Counted from the stretch's first letter, positions 16,945 through 26,931 are shown. The stretch is DNA of 35,520 bases from Limisphaerales bacterium (GCA_044221235.1 JBGAPN010000003.1:1-35520); one strand, 5' to 3'. The notes: generated by a model from the sequence alone, not told the origin. A program made the numbers and translations.

Positions 16945-18534
16945 TCAGAATTGACCCTCGAATCGGGCTTCCAGGAGATAGAGTTTCCCAGGAGAGGGTC
17001 CGCTCTTCACGTTGGCGATTCCGCAGTTGAACTGCATTCGAATGTACTGGTTCCAGTACCAGTTCAATCCGGTCATGATGATTCCCATCCGGCCTCCGTT
17101 GATTCCCGCGCTGTCCAGGTCGACGTAGGAATACCGCCCCGCTGCCTCCCAGGCGCCCCACCCGGAGTCGGGTCCCCACAGAGGGTGCCGCGGTTGGACC
17201 CGGGTGGGAATCCCGGTAGCGCGGTTGTAGGGCCGATCCTCCCCGGTCAGCATCCATCCGCCCGCGAAGTAGAATCCATGGAACATGGCGGTCGCCGTAT
17301 CGGCCCAAACCACGGAGTTGAAGTATTCGGTCTGGAGCAGGACGGGTCCCAGGCCCCAGGCCGCCTCACTGCCCACAGAGGATGCCTGATTGGCGTCGAT
17401 CGTGCCGGTGTTGACCAGGAAGGGGGCGAGTCGGCTTTCCGGACGAGCCTGGTACTGCATCTCCGCGTCCTGGGGAAATACATAGGAGTAGCTCACGCCC
17501 AAGTGCATCCAGCGTTGGCGTTCCGCCCACGGCAGTGCGGTCACCCGGAATACGGGCTCGGCAAGGGTCTGGGAGGCACTTCCGAAATTGATGCTGGGAT
17601 CCTGTCCCACGGAAAAGATGCCGGCTGATGCGGTCATCCGTTGATCGTAAAAGGTGCGATGCCATTCCAATCCGGCCCGCTTTCCCGGACTGAACGCCGC
17701 CGTTCCGGCCGAAGGCTCCATGAACGACAGGCTGCCGAACGACATGATGTTCTCCAGCGTTTGCGGTACCGTGAAATAGCCGATGGTCAGGTCTCCGAAA
17801 TGCGGCAGGTCAACAAACCTCCAGTATGCCTTGTTGAGATAGAATTGCCCGCCGATGAGGCCCAGCTCGACCGCGTACTGATTCGTCAGCCAGAGTCCGA
17901 CGGTGCCCTCCGTCAGGATTTGAAATGTGCGCAGTTGAATGCCGTCGGAGACGGGTTGCTGGCCTTCCTGGCTGGAAAACACGGCGCCATCGACAGCCAG
18001 TTTCGCCCCGATCCTTCCGCGAAGCTGGAGTCGGTCATTGAGAAAGGTCGCGCCCTCGGACAAGGGATCTGGAAGGGCCACCCGGGTGGAGAACACATAC
18101 CGGACATGTCCATCCCACTCCATCCGGGCCACAAAATTCGTTCCGGTGGGAAGAGTTGGAGGGGGCGCCAGTGGGATCTGGGCGGATGGAATTGCAGGAG
18201 GGGGAAGGGGAAGGCGGGTTTCGAGGATGGAAGCGTCCGGCAGGGACGGATCGACCGCGACTGGACCTGGCGGGGAAGCATTTCCGGTCTCGATGGTTTC
18301 AATGGTTGACCGTGGGAGGGTGAGCCGGCCTTGGTTTTCGGTGTCGATGGTTACCTCCAGGGAATTCGCCTGAATCAGGGTTCCCGTGAATTTCTCACCG
18401 GTTAGCAACGTAACCACGTCGTCGGCACTGCCTCGGGTCGATAGACTCCATCCGACACCCAGGAGCACGAATAGCATCAGGCACCGGCCCATGAGCAAGT
18501 GGAGCCTGCGAGTCCCGCGATTGGGCGCGGACAT
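16945..18534 (-). CDS. OprO/OprP-like porin with N-terminal extension
   Basis: SFMEP, YQARPE, GWMLTGEDRPY, GWGAWEAAGRYSYVDL, GLNWYWN; terminal Phe. Start uncertain (18492, 18534 or 18567). Confidence 0.85.
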   Translation of the reverse strand: MSAPNRGTRRLHLLMGRCLMLFVLLGVGWSLSTRGSADDVVTLLTGEKFTGTLIQANSLEVTIDTENQGRLTLPRSTIETIETGNASPPGPVAVDPSLPDASILETRLPLPPPAIPSAQIPLAPPPTLPTGTNFVARMEWDGHVRYVFSTRVALPDPLSEGATFLNDRLQLRGRIGAKLAVDGAVFSSQEGQQPVSDGIQLRTFQILTEGTVGLWLTNQYAVELGLIGGQFYLNKAYWRFVDLPHFGDLTIGYFTVPQTLENIMSFGSLSFMEPSAGTAAFSPGKRAGLEWHRTFYDQRMTASAGIFSVGQDPSINFGSASQTLAEPVFRVTALPWAERQRWMHLGVSYSYVFPQDAEMQYQARPESRLAPFLVNTGTIDANQASSVGSEAAWGLGPVLLQTEYFNSVVWADTATAMFHGFYFAGGWMLTGEDRPYNRATGIPTRVQPRHPLWGPDSGWGAWEAAGRYSYVDLDSAGINGGRMGIIMTGLNWYWNQYIRMQFNCGIANVKSGPSPGKLYLLEARFEGQF

Positions 18535-18698
18535 TGCGGTATCGTGTTTGAAGGGCAGGGCGGCCATTCCGGTTTGGGCGGTCGACGGCGTCGATCCTTC
18601 CCGGGTTGCGACGGTTCTGGCAATCCGCCGGACGCAGGCGCGATGAAGTGGGCCGGAATCGACCGGACCGTCAGGAGCAGGCCGGAGTTCGGAATCGC

Positions 18699-20765
18699 CT
18701 ACTTCGAAGGGATGGCAACGAGCTCCAGCAGCGCTGCGTCCCGTTCCGGTCCCTTGAGGAAATCGAACGCCCGGAGATATCGCGCCCGACCCGATTCCGG
18801 AGTTGCGGGATCCTTGATGATTTTGACCAGCAGACCTGGAGTCACTTTGGCGCGGGAACGCCAGATCAGGTCACGACCGGCAGGCGTGTTCCATTGGTCA
18901 CCGACCTTCTTGAGCCAGTCGCCCAGAAAGGCATCCCACTGCGGATCTGCACCGATCCCAAGCGCTTCGAGGTACCATCGATCCCGTCCGTCATGCTGTT
19001 GGGCCAACGTGGTCCAGATCTGCGGCGCGTCGGGAGAGGATATCCCATGCAACGCGAGGGCAACTTCGCGGCGGACCGCTGGGCTGGGATCCTGGGCCAG
19101 GCTGGGGAGGATTTTTCCCAGGTCCATTTTTCGTTCCCGTGCGATCCGAAGCGCTGCGATTCGGATATTGGGATCGGAATCCTTCGTCCCGGTAGCGACG
19201 AAACCAGCACCTTTCCCCGGAACCCGAGCCAACAAGGGGAGCACGCGGGCGCGTTGCCGGGCATCCTTGCCGTTCCAGACCTTCAGGAGCTCCGATTCAA
19301 ACGCGGGCGTTCCAAGCTGGGACTCAATGGATTTCCAGGCGAGGTACCGGGTGGCGAGGTTGGGTGAAGCGATCGCGGCCAGGGTTCCGGATGCGCTTTT
19401 CAAATCGGGATGAGGAACGGAAGGCCGATGCCCCGGAGGAGCCACCCGGTAAATGCGGCCGGTCATCGTCTCCAGAGATTGGTCGGCCATGTAGTGCCCA
19501 CCGACACCAGCATCATTCCAGTCGGATACGTACACCGATCCGTCGGGTCCCACGGCGACGTCGCTCGGCCGGAACCAATCGTCCTTGCTGGTGAGGAGAT
19601 TGGTCATACTGGCGGCATAGCCGGCGCCGTCGGGCGTCACTGGATACGCACGGACAACCCGTGGCCCTGCATCGCAGTGCAACATCTGACCCTGGAACGC
19701 GCCCGGAAGGAGCGATCCTTCGTAGATGGCGATGCCCGTCGGTGATCCTGCCCCCGTCAGCAGTAGCGTTGGAACCACTCCGGGATCGTTGAGATGCCAG
19801 TGCCGGCGCGGGACATCCTCCTCCCATCCGGTTCGCTTCTGGCCCCATCCCGCACCGGTGACTTCGTCCGCGTAGCCAAAATTGCCGCCTTCCATGACAT
19901 AGTTGATGCGGACTCCCTTGTTGCCGTCGTCGTCATTGTCGGATTGCCAGACCGTACCGAACGAATCGACCGCAAGTTCGTAGTTGTTTCGGAAGTTGTG
20001 GCCGAGAACCTCCACTTCGCTTCCGTCGGGCCTGCAGCGAAACGCCATGCCCTGGCGATACGGACGTCCCTGGTCCGTGATCTCCTTTCCGAAGATGTCC
20101 TTGACGATTTCTCCCTTCGCGAGTTGGGCGGGAGGAATCGTGCCATGAAGCGGGAGGCTCTTCAGCTCGGCGGGCGGGCGTCGAAGGAAGCCGCCAGCAT
20201 TCCCGAAGTTAAAGTAGAGTCGTCCGTCCGGGCCGGCGACAAACGCATGGGCCGCATGATCATGGTCGGCCGACTGGGGATTGGTGGTGAAGAGGAGTTC
20301 CCGTTGATCGGCTGCCCCGTCCCCATCGGTATCCGTCAGCACAAAAATGTAGGGGGCTGCCGACACGATGACCTTGTTTCCCAGCACGCAGATACCCAGC
20401 GCGGAGTTGATACTGGGATCTTGATAGAAGGTCAGGGCCTTGTCCGCCGTTCCGTCGTGGTCGGTGTCCTCCAAAACCTGAATCCGGTCACCTCCTGGGC
20501 GGAGGATCCCCCATTTTTGAAACGTGGATCGGTAGTTGGCCCCTTCCGTCACCCAGACGCGGCCCTGTGAATCGACATCAATGTCGGTCGGATTCACAAC
20601 CATGGGCTCGGCGGCAAACAGGGATACCTCCAGGCCGGGCGCAACTTGCATCTGGTTCAGTTGGTCCTGTGCCGCTTTCAATCCTGCCCGGGCTGCGTCT
20701 GCCGAAGCGACGAAAGCCGTGGCGGAGACGGAGGCGGCGAGCAGGAAGAGTGATGACGTACTCAT
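18699..20765 (-). CDS. PVC-type membrane-bound dehydrogenase-like beta-propeller protein with HEAT repeats, no cytochrome c domain
   Basis: GLEVSLFAAEPMVVNP, GDRIQVLEDTDHDGTAD, HNFRNNYE, QSDNDDDG, WFRPSDVAVGPDGSVYVSDW, GRIYR, DRWYLEAL. Confidence 0.8.
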   Translation of the reverse strand: MSTSSLFLLAASVSATAFVASADAARAGLKAAQDQLNQMQVAPGLEVSLFAAEPMVVNPTDIDVDSQGRVWVTEGANYRSTFQKWGILRPGGDRIQVLEDTDHDGTADKALTFYQDPSINSALGICVLGNKVIVSAAPYIFVLTDTDGDGAADQRELLFTTNPQSADHDHAAHAFVAGPDGRLYFNFGNAGGFLRRPPAELKSLPLHGTIPPAQLAKGEIVKDIFGKEITDQGRPYRQGMAFRCRPDGSEVEVLGHNFRNNYELAVDSFGTVWQSDNDDDGNKGVRINYVMEGGNFGYADEVTGAGWGQKRTGWEEDVPRRHWHLNDPGVVPTLLLTGAGSPTGIAIYEGSLLPGAFQGQMLHCDAGPRVVRAYPVTPDGAGYAASMTNLLTSKDDWFRPSDVAVGPDGSVYVSDWNDAGVGGHYMADQSLETMTGRIYRVAPPGHRPSVPHPDLKSASGTLAAIASPNLATRYLAWKSIESQLGTPAFESELLKVWNGKDARQRARVLPLLARVPGKGAGFVATGTKDSDPNIRIAALRIARERKMDLGKILPSLAQDPSPAVRREVALALHGISSPDAPQIWTTLAQQHDGRDRWYLEALGIGADPQWDAFLGDWLKKVGDQWNTPAGRDLIWRSRAKVTPGLLVKIIKDPATPESGRARYLRAFDFLKGPERDAALLELVAIPSK

Positions 20766-20930
20766 GGGATTCGGATGCGACCTTAAGGAAGTTGACGGAA
20801 ACGGGAAAGATGGTTTCCCAAACTGCGTGGGTTGGACCCTCAGGCATTTGCGGAATGATCCGGCGAGCCTGATCCATGAAAACCTTGATGGGGATCCACG
20901 TGTTCCGGGTCGTACCCACCGTCGAATGGA

Positions 20931-21794
20931 CTACTTCGCGTCGAGATTCCTTGCCAGCTGGTCAGAGCCGACCGCGGAAGGAATTCCATTGGAGGGGATG
21001 TCGCCATGGGCAATCCAGACCAGGGCGTTCAGGACGACCTTGCGGAAGTTTTCGTCCGACCAGTTTTTGTGAAAGTGCCCGCCGGTGAAGCCGAATCCTC
21101 TTCCGCCGCCGGGCCGGTCATAAGCCCACATCAGGACCTGCGGTTCTCCCTTCTTGACGGAATCGCGGACGGCGGGATTTCCCGAATGCGGTCCGTCTCC
21201 GCGCTGCATGGTCTCGGCGGGCGCGACGGCGCTCAGGATCGGAGTGACCCCTTTCATGTTCGGTACAAACCGCATATGAAAATACCACTCATCGTTGATG
21301 GAAAAGGGTTTGACCCCGCGCGTGATTGGATGATTGGGGAGCGATGTGAAGGTGGCGGTCCAATGCGGATTCACGCTCCAGAACGTCTCAAAATAGCCTC
21401 CGGTCCAACGGAGCATGGCATCGCCCGGGTCGCCTTTGGGTACTTCGACGCCATAGTGGGCCGCCCCAATTCCCACCCCTTTGGCCGCCAACTCATCCAA
21501 GAGCTTGAGACGGTCCGGTTGAATTGCCGGATGGCCATCTCCCCCGTCCGCAAACAACAATATCGCGTTGGCTGTCTTGAGGATCGACGGATCCGCCGGC
21601 CAGCCGTTGCTGGCTACGGTCGCCTTGATTCCGGGAATATGATTGAGCGCATCGGCCAGGAGAATCGCACCGGCCCGAAACTCGTGTTCCCCCTTTCCAT
21701 GGCTGGGCACCCCCGCAACCAGCACGATGCTCTTGTCGGCCAGAAGATTCTGAATTGTGAGAACGCTGATGAGGAGTAACGGGAGGAGTTTCAT
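20931..21794 (-). CDS. ThuA-like (class I glutamine amidotransferase-like) secreted protein
   Basis: Signal peptide; PSHGKGEHEFRAG, HPITRGV, DEWYF, GRGFGFTGGHFHKNW. Confidence 0.85.
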   Translation of the reverse strand: MKLLPLLLISVLTIQNLLADKSIVLVAGVPSHGKGEHEFRAGAILLADALNHIPGIKATVASNGWPADPSILKTANAILLFADGGDGHPAIQPDRLKLLDELAAKGVGIGAAHYGVEVPKGDPGDAMLRWTGGYFETFWSVNPHWTATFTSLPNHPITRGVKPFSINDEWYFHMRFVPNMKGVTPILSAVAPAETMQRGDGPHSGNPAVRDSVKKGEPQVLMWAYDRPGGGRGFGFTGGHFHKNWSDENFRKVVLNALVWIAHGDIPSNGIPSAVGSDQLARNLDAK

Positions 21795-22001
21795 GGACTG
21801 TGGAAGGCGGCCGACGAAACCGGGAGGACATTTCTTCAAGCGGCTCGGTCGAATCCGGTTGCCGGGACCATTGAGGTTGCCGCGGGGGGATTTCGCCGAT
21901 TGATCAGGTCGTGATTTTTCGCGATACTGCAATGGATCGAAACCTGCCATACATTGGCCGTGACGTTGGTTCAAAATCTGGTATTCCGGTTCCCAATGCC
22001 C

Positions 22002-22847
22002 ATGAATGTGGAAACCCGAGACCGTGTGGCTGTCCAGCGTCGTGTTGCGCAGAACTACTGGCGGATGTTCCCAACCGGGGATCAGGGTTTCGTAGCCAGG
22101 GTTTTCCCATGGGCGATGGATTGTTTTGAGGGCCGTCACCCCGAATACCAAGCCATTGATGCCCGGTATCACGATTTGGAGCATACCCTTCAGGGAACCT
22201 TGTGTTTTTCCACACTCCTGCTCCGGAGGGCCGAAGCGGGTGCCGAACCCAAGCTATCGGAAGAGACCTTTCAATTGGGATTATTGGCCATCTTGTTGCA
22301 TGACACCGGGTATCTGAAGCGATTGGATGACAAGGAGGGTACTGGGGCGAAATACACCGCCACCCACGTCAACCGTTCGTGTGATTTTGCAGAGCGCCTC
22401 CTGATTGCCCACGGATTCACTCTTCGGCAGGTACGGGCCGTTCAGAATATGATCCGTTGCACTGGCTTGGGCGTGAATATCGCTGCCATTCCGTTTGAAT
22501 CGGAAGAGGAAAAGGTGACTGGGTTCGCCTTGGGCACGTCCGACCTGCTCGGGCAGATGGCTGCGCCGGACTACATCGACAAGCTCCCGATCCTGTACGA
22601 GGAATTTGCCGAATCCGCCGCGTTCAACGCCGGGCGAGGCGGTGGGGGGCAGGTATTTGCGTCGGTGGATGACCTGATGCGAAAGACGCCCGGGTTTTGG
22701 TCCAATTACGTCCGGCCCAAGATCGAGAAGGATTTCCAGGCGGTATACCGGTATTTGGTCGATCCCAAGTCGGATCGTAACGAGTATATTGAGCTGATTG
22801 AGGCCAATCTGGCGCGTTTGGAGCGCCGCTTGGCAAAGGCGGCCTAA
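22002..22847 (+). CDS. HD-superfamily metal-dependent phosphohydrolase
   Basis: YHDLEHT, LLHDTGY, HVNRS, SDLLGQMA. Confidence 0.75.
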   Translation: MNVETRDRVAVQRRVAQNYWRMFPTGDQGFVARVFPWAMDCFEGRHPEYQAIDARYHDLEHTLQGTLCFSTLLLRRAEAGAEPKLSEETFQLGLLAILLHDTGYLKRLDDKEGTGAKYTATHVNRSCDFAERLLIAHGFTLRQVRAVQNMIRCTGLGVNIAAIPFESEEEKVTGFALGTSDLLGQMAAPDYIDKLPILYEEFAESAAFNAGRGGGGQVFASVDDLMRKTPGFWSNYVRPKIEKDFQAVYRYLVDPKSDRNEYIELIEANLARLERRLAKAA

Positions 22848-22940
22848 GGGCGCGGCCAGGGACACACTGTAAGGTTGTGTGCCAGAACGATCCTCGCTCC
22901 GCGATGGACCCGCGTTCAATTTCCCGTTTACTTGAGCCCG

Positions 22941-25088
22941 GTGACTCGAGAGTACCAACTTCGTGCCCATCCCGGGACCCCTGCGCTACGCATCGACTAC
23001 GTCGGCGAGTTGAATCCGCAGCAGTTGGCTGCGGTTTCGGCGGCTCCCGGCCCGGCCCTCGTCCTGGCCGGCGCTGGTGCCGGCAAGACGAGGACGCTGA
23101 CCTATCGTGTGGCCTGGCTTTTGGAGCATGGGGTTCCGCCCGAGCGGGTCCTGCTGCTGACGTTTACCAATAAATCGGCGCGGGAGATGATGCAGCGGGT
23201 CTCCGATCTAATCGGAGGGGACCTCTCCCGGCTTTGGGGGGGCACATTTCATTCGGTGGGACTGAGGGTTCTCCGTCGTCACGCTGAACGTTTGGGATAC
23301 CAGGTTGGATTCACAGTGGCAGACCGCGAAGACTCGAAGGATTTGCTCGCCACCTGCATCCAGGAATCCGGGATTGATCCCAAGGCGACGCGATTCCCCA
23401 AACCGGAAGTATTGGGGGAGATTTTCTCGATGGCGCTGAATACGGGCCGATCGATCCGGGAAGTCCTTGATCAAGATCACCCGTCCTTTGCCGAGCTGGA
23501 GCCCGCGATTACTGACATCGAGCGCCGGTACACCGTCCGCAAGCGTGCCGCCGGTCTGATGGACTTCGATGACCTCCTGTTCCTCTGGTTGCGTTTGATG
23601 CGCGAGCAACCGGACCTGAAGGAACTTTATCAACGGCGGTTTCAGTTCGTGCTGGTCGATGAGTATCAGGATACGAACACGCTGCAGGGACAGTTATTGG
23701 ACGAGTTATCCGGGTTGCACGGAAACCTCATGGCGGTGGGCGATGATGCGCAAAGCATCTACTCCTGGCGTGGGGCCAACTTCGCCAACATTCTCGATTT
23801 TCCCCGTCGCCATCCGACTGCGCAGGTGTTTCGGATCGAAACCAATTATCGCAGCACTCCGGAAATCCTGTCCCTGGCCAATGCCGCGATTGCGGCCAAC
23901 AGCCGTCAGTTTCCCAAAGTACTTCAGCCTGCCCGCCCGTCAGGGATGAAGCCTGTCCTGGTGGCCAGCAATGACGGAGGGGAACAGGCATTGTTTGTCG
24001 TCCAACGAATCCTGGAACTCCGGGACGAGGGCCGGCGCCTGGATGACATCTGTGTCCTGTACCGGTCGCATTTCCATGCACTGGAACTTCAGCTGGAGCT
24101 GACGCGTCACAATGTCCCGTTCCTGATAACAAGCGGCATTCGCTTTTTTGAACAGGCCCACATCAAGGATGTTGCCGCGTATCTGAAGTTTGTCACCAAT
24201 CCTGCCGACGAACTCGCCTTCAAGCGCCTGGTGCGAATGCTTCCCGGCGTAGGCGGGCGCGGATCAGAGAAGCTCTGGGCCCAGTTCTGTGCGGCAATGG
24301 AGCCCCGACTGACCAGTCCACCTGCCGCATCCTCCGTTTCCGACAATGACGGCGGCACCGATGGCGAGGAAGCGGCCGGATCGGGACCGCATCTCCCGAT
24401 CTCCCCGGTGCTGGGCTCCATGACCTCGGGCATCTCCAAGCGCACTCAATCGGCATGGGCACAATTCTGTGCAACGATATCCCAAGCGGAGGCTCCTGGG
24501 ATTCGGCTTTCTCCAGCTCGGATGATCCGCCATGTGGTGGAGGCGGACTACGCGGACTATCTCGAGGCCAATTATGACAATGCGCGGCGACGGCTCGAGG
24601 ATCTGGAACAACTGGCTGCGTACGCGGAGCAGTTTCGAAGCGTGACTGACTTTCTTTCCCAGTTGGCCCTCCAGACAAGTTTGGAGGCGGATGAATCGTC
24701 TCGGCGGGGTGACGACGAGGAACGATTGCGTCTGTCGACGGTCCATCAGGCCAAGGGACTTGAGTTCGGAGTGGTGTTCGTCGTGATGCTGTGTGACGGA
24801 TCCTTTCCGACCCAGCGCTCGCTTGAGGTTCCGGAGGCTCTGGAAGAGGAGCGGAGACTCTTTTATGTCGCAACGACTCGCGCCCGGGATGAGTTGTACC
24901 TGACCTATCCGCTGATACGCATCTTCCAGGGCAACCCAACCATTCAACCCATATCCCGTTTCATCAATGAAGTCCCCCGGGAGCTGATGGATGAATGGAG
25001 GCTGAGCGGGTTCTCGAACTGGGCCACCGCGGGGGAGATTCCACCACCCATACCGGAATCCGATACCAGTGAGGATGAGCCGTTCTGA
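22941..25088 (+). CDS. UvrD/PcrA-family SF1 DNA helicase
   Basis: AGAGAGKT, TFTNK, GTFH, VDEYQDTN, VGDDAQSIYSWRGA, NYRST, STVHQAKGLEF, EERRLFYVATTRA. Confidence 0.95.
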   Translation: MTREYQLRAHPGTPALRIDYVGELNPQQLAAVSAAPGPALVLAGAGAGKTRTLTYRVAWLLEHGVPPERVLLLTFTNKSAREMMQRVSDLIGGDLSRLWGGTFHSVGLRVLRRHAERLGYQVGFTVADREDSKDLLATCIQESGIDPKATRFPKPEVLGEIFSMALNTGRSIREVLDQDHPSFAELEPAITDIERRYTVRKRAAGLMDFDDLLFLWLRLMREQPDLKELYQRRFQFVLVDEYQDTNTLQGQLLDELSGLHGNLMAVGDDAQSIYSWRGANFANILDFPRRHPTAQVFRIETNYRSTPEILSLANAAIAANSRQFPKVLQPARPSGMKPVLVASNDGGEQALFVVQRILELRDEGRRLDDICVLYRSHFHALELQLELTRHNVPFLITSGIRFFEQAHIKDVAAYLKFVTNPADELAFKRLVRMLPGVGGRGSEKLWAQFCAAMEPRLTSPPAASSVSDNDGGTDGEEAAGSGPHLPISPVLGSMTSGISKRTQSAWAQFCATISQAEAPGIRLSPARMIRHVVEADYADYLEANYDNARRRLEDLEQLAAYAEQFRSVTDFLSQLALQTSLEADESSRRGDDEERLRLSTVHQAKGLEFGVVFVVMLCDGSFPTQRSLEVPEALEEERRLFYVATTRARDELYLTYPLIRIFQGNPTIQPISRFINEVPRELMDEWRLSGFSNWATAGEIPPPIPESDTSEDEPF

Positions 25089-25124
25089 GTTGGACGGACT
25101 GGTGGAGTCCGGCGTGGAAGTCAC

Positions 25125-26177
25125 ATGAGCGCTGATCTGACCCCGTTGCTGACAGGCAATCGCCCCATTCTTGCCTTGGCGCCGATGCAGGATGTCACAG
25201 ACCTGCCGTTCTGGCGTCTTTTGGTGGCGCGTGGCGGACCGGATGTTTACTGGACGGAGTATTTTCGAGTGACGGCCACGTGGCGTCCGGAGAAATGGAT
25301 CCTGCGGAGCCTCATTGAGAATCCGACAGGGCGTCCGGCGGTTGCCCAACTGATCGGCAATGACCCGGTGGCGCTGGCGCGGGCCGCGCGAGAGTTGCAG
25401 CACTATCCAGTGGCGGCCATCGACCTGAATCTTGGGTGCCCCGCTCCGATCGTGTATCGGAAATGCGCCGGTGGTGGACTCCTGCGGGACCTCCCGAGAG
25501 TCGATGAGGTTCTTGGTGCCCTGCGGGAGGCGGTGCACACCCGGTTCACGGTCAAAACACGGATCGGCTTCTCGGACCCCGGCGAGTTCGAGGCCCTTTT
25601 GGAGGTGTTTCGCCGCCATGAACTGGATTTGGTGACCGTCCATGGAAGGACTGTGTCGGAAATGTACCGGAGTGAGGTCCATTACGATGCCATTGCCCTC
25701 GCAGTGGAGGCTTTGAACTGTCCGGTGCTGGCCAATGGAAATGTGGATTCACCGGCCCGGGCTGCCGGGATTCTTCAATCGACTGGTGCACACGGCTTGA
25801 TGATCGGTCGGGGCTGCATCCGGAACCCCTGGCTTTTCTCCCAAATCCGGGAATACCTCGCAGGAGATCCGGTCACCCTTCCGCGAGGACAGGATGTGCT
25901 TGGTTACATCGAGGATTTGTGGATCGCCACGGAGCCGCCTGAGTCGAAGGAACGTCTCCAGGTCGAACAGATGAAGCGGTACCTCAATTTCATTGGCCAG
26001 GGAGTGGGTCTGAATGCCGATACGGCGATGGACTTCCTGCATCGCATCCGGCGCGCGATGACCCGCGCCGAGTTTTTTGGGATCTGCCGGGAGCATTTGG
26101 ACCACGGCGAGCCCATGGAACTCCGTCCGTTTCCGTCGGTAAAGGCGGCCCGGAATGAGGAACCTATCCCCTCCTGA
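25125..26177 (+). CDS. dus: tRNA-dihydrouridine synthase family protein
   Basis: LAPMQDVTD, DLNLGCP, TVKTRIG, VHGRT, ANGNV, MIGRG..NPW. Confidence 0.9.
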   Translation: MSADLTPLLTGNRPILALAPMQDVTDLPFWRLLVARGGPDVYWTEYFRVTATWRPEKWILRSLIENPTGRPAVAQLIGNDPVALARAARELQHYPVAAIDLNLGCPAPIVYRKCAGGGLLRDLPRVDEVLGALREAVHTRFTVKTRIGFSDPGEFEALLEVFRRHELDLVTVHGRTVSEMYRSEVHYDAIALAVEALNCPVLANGNVDSPARAAGILQSTGAHGLMIGRGCIRNPWLFSQIREYLAGDPVTLPRGQDVLGYIEDLWIATEPPESKERLQVEQMKRYLNFIGQGVGLNADTAMDFLHRIRRAMTRAEFFGICREHLDHGEPMELRPFPSVKAARNEEPIPS

Positions 26178-26239
26178 CGTCGCGCCAAGGTCAGAATTCC
26201 CTTCCTCCGGCCAATCGGTCGGCGTTGAATCTGCCGCGG

Positions 26240-26719
26240 ATGGATCCGTTGCTTAAATTGCTAGCCTCCGATGCGTCGTTGTCTGCCCCCCAGTTGGCGG
26301 CCATGTTGGGTATTCCCGAATCAGAGGTGCGTTCCCGTATCAAACAGGCCGAGCAGAACCACCTGGTACTGGGCTATCGGGCCGTGCTCAACGAGGAGAA
26401 GCTGGGACGCGACCTAGTCCGGGCCATGATCGAGGTCAAGATCACCCCGGAGCGCGGAGGGGGCTTTGACAAGCTGGCCGAGAGAATCTCCAAGTATTCC
26501 GAAGTCAGGTCCTGCCACCTGATGTCCGGAGGCTACGATCTGCTGGTGGAAGTGGAGGGGGCCAACCTGCGGGAGGTGGCGGCATTTGTCTCCGAAAAGT
26601 TGTCCACGCTCCAAGGTGTCCTGTCGACAGCGACCCACTTTGTCCTTCGCGCCTATAAGGAGCAGGGCGTGCTCATGGCCGAAAGCGCCGTGGACCAACG
26701 CCTGGCTGTGACGCCATAG
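26240..26719 (+). CDS. Lrp/AsnC family regulator (YugG-like)
   Basis: N-terminal HTH; IEVKITPERGGGFD, LMSGGYDL, STATHFVL. Confidence 0.9.
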   Translation: MDPLLKLLASDASLSAPQLAAMLGIPESEVRSRIKQAEQNHLVLGYRAVLNEEKLGRDLVRAMIEVKITPERGGGFDKLAERISKYSEVRSCHLMSGGYDLLVEVEGANLREVAAFVSEKLSTLQGVLSTATHFVLRAYKEQGVLMAESAVDQRLAVTP

Positions 26720-26749
26720 CGACGTATTGGCGTGGGGAGTTTGCTGGGA

Positions 26750-26869
26750 TCAGTCATTGGGCACCCAGCCACGCCCGGGGATAAATTCGCGGCTGCCGGA
26801 AGACTTGCAGCCGGACGCTACACCGCCCGCCGCGCAAACCAGCACCAAGATCAGGATCAATGTCTTCAC
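26750..26869 (-). CDS. Putative 39-aa lipoprotein
   Basis: Not in the ORF track. GTG start: MKTLILILVLVCAAGGVASG-CKSSGSREFIPGRGWVPND. It has a basic n-region, hydrophobic h-region and lipobox, and sits inside an intergenic gap without overlaps. Confidence 0.65.
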   Translation of the reverse strand: MKTLILILVLVCAAGGVASGCKSSGSREFIPGRGWVPND

Positions 26870-26931
26870 GGCAGTCAGGCTAATCGGGTTTGCCGCACGC
26901 TCAAGCTTCGACCAGAATTGGCTCAGATTTC

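Noticed and set aside
18607-18624. TTGCGACGGTTCTGGCAA upstream of the porin as a second Zur box
   Set aside because: Only the 4-bp arms match, and the spacing differs by one base from the 4741 palindrome.
22002-25088. HD hydrolase + helicase as a Cas3-like or defence system
   Set aside because: The helicase is a housekeeping-type SF1 UvrD rather than SF2. There are no cas genes or arrays, and the context is housekeeping (dus, lrp).
24264-25682. 472-aa minus-strand ORF, and similar long ORFs at 316-1416, 3605-4777, 9406-10617 and 32720-33925
   Set aside because: These are antisense shadows of well-supported genes in high-GC DNA, with no recognisable motifs.
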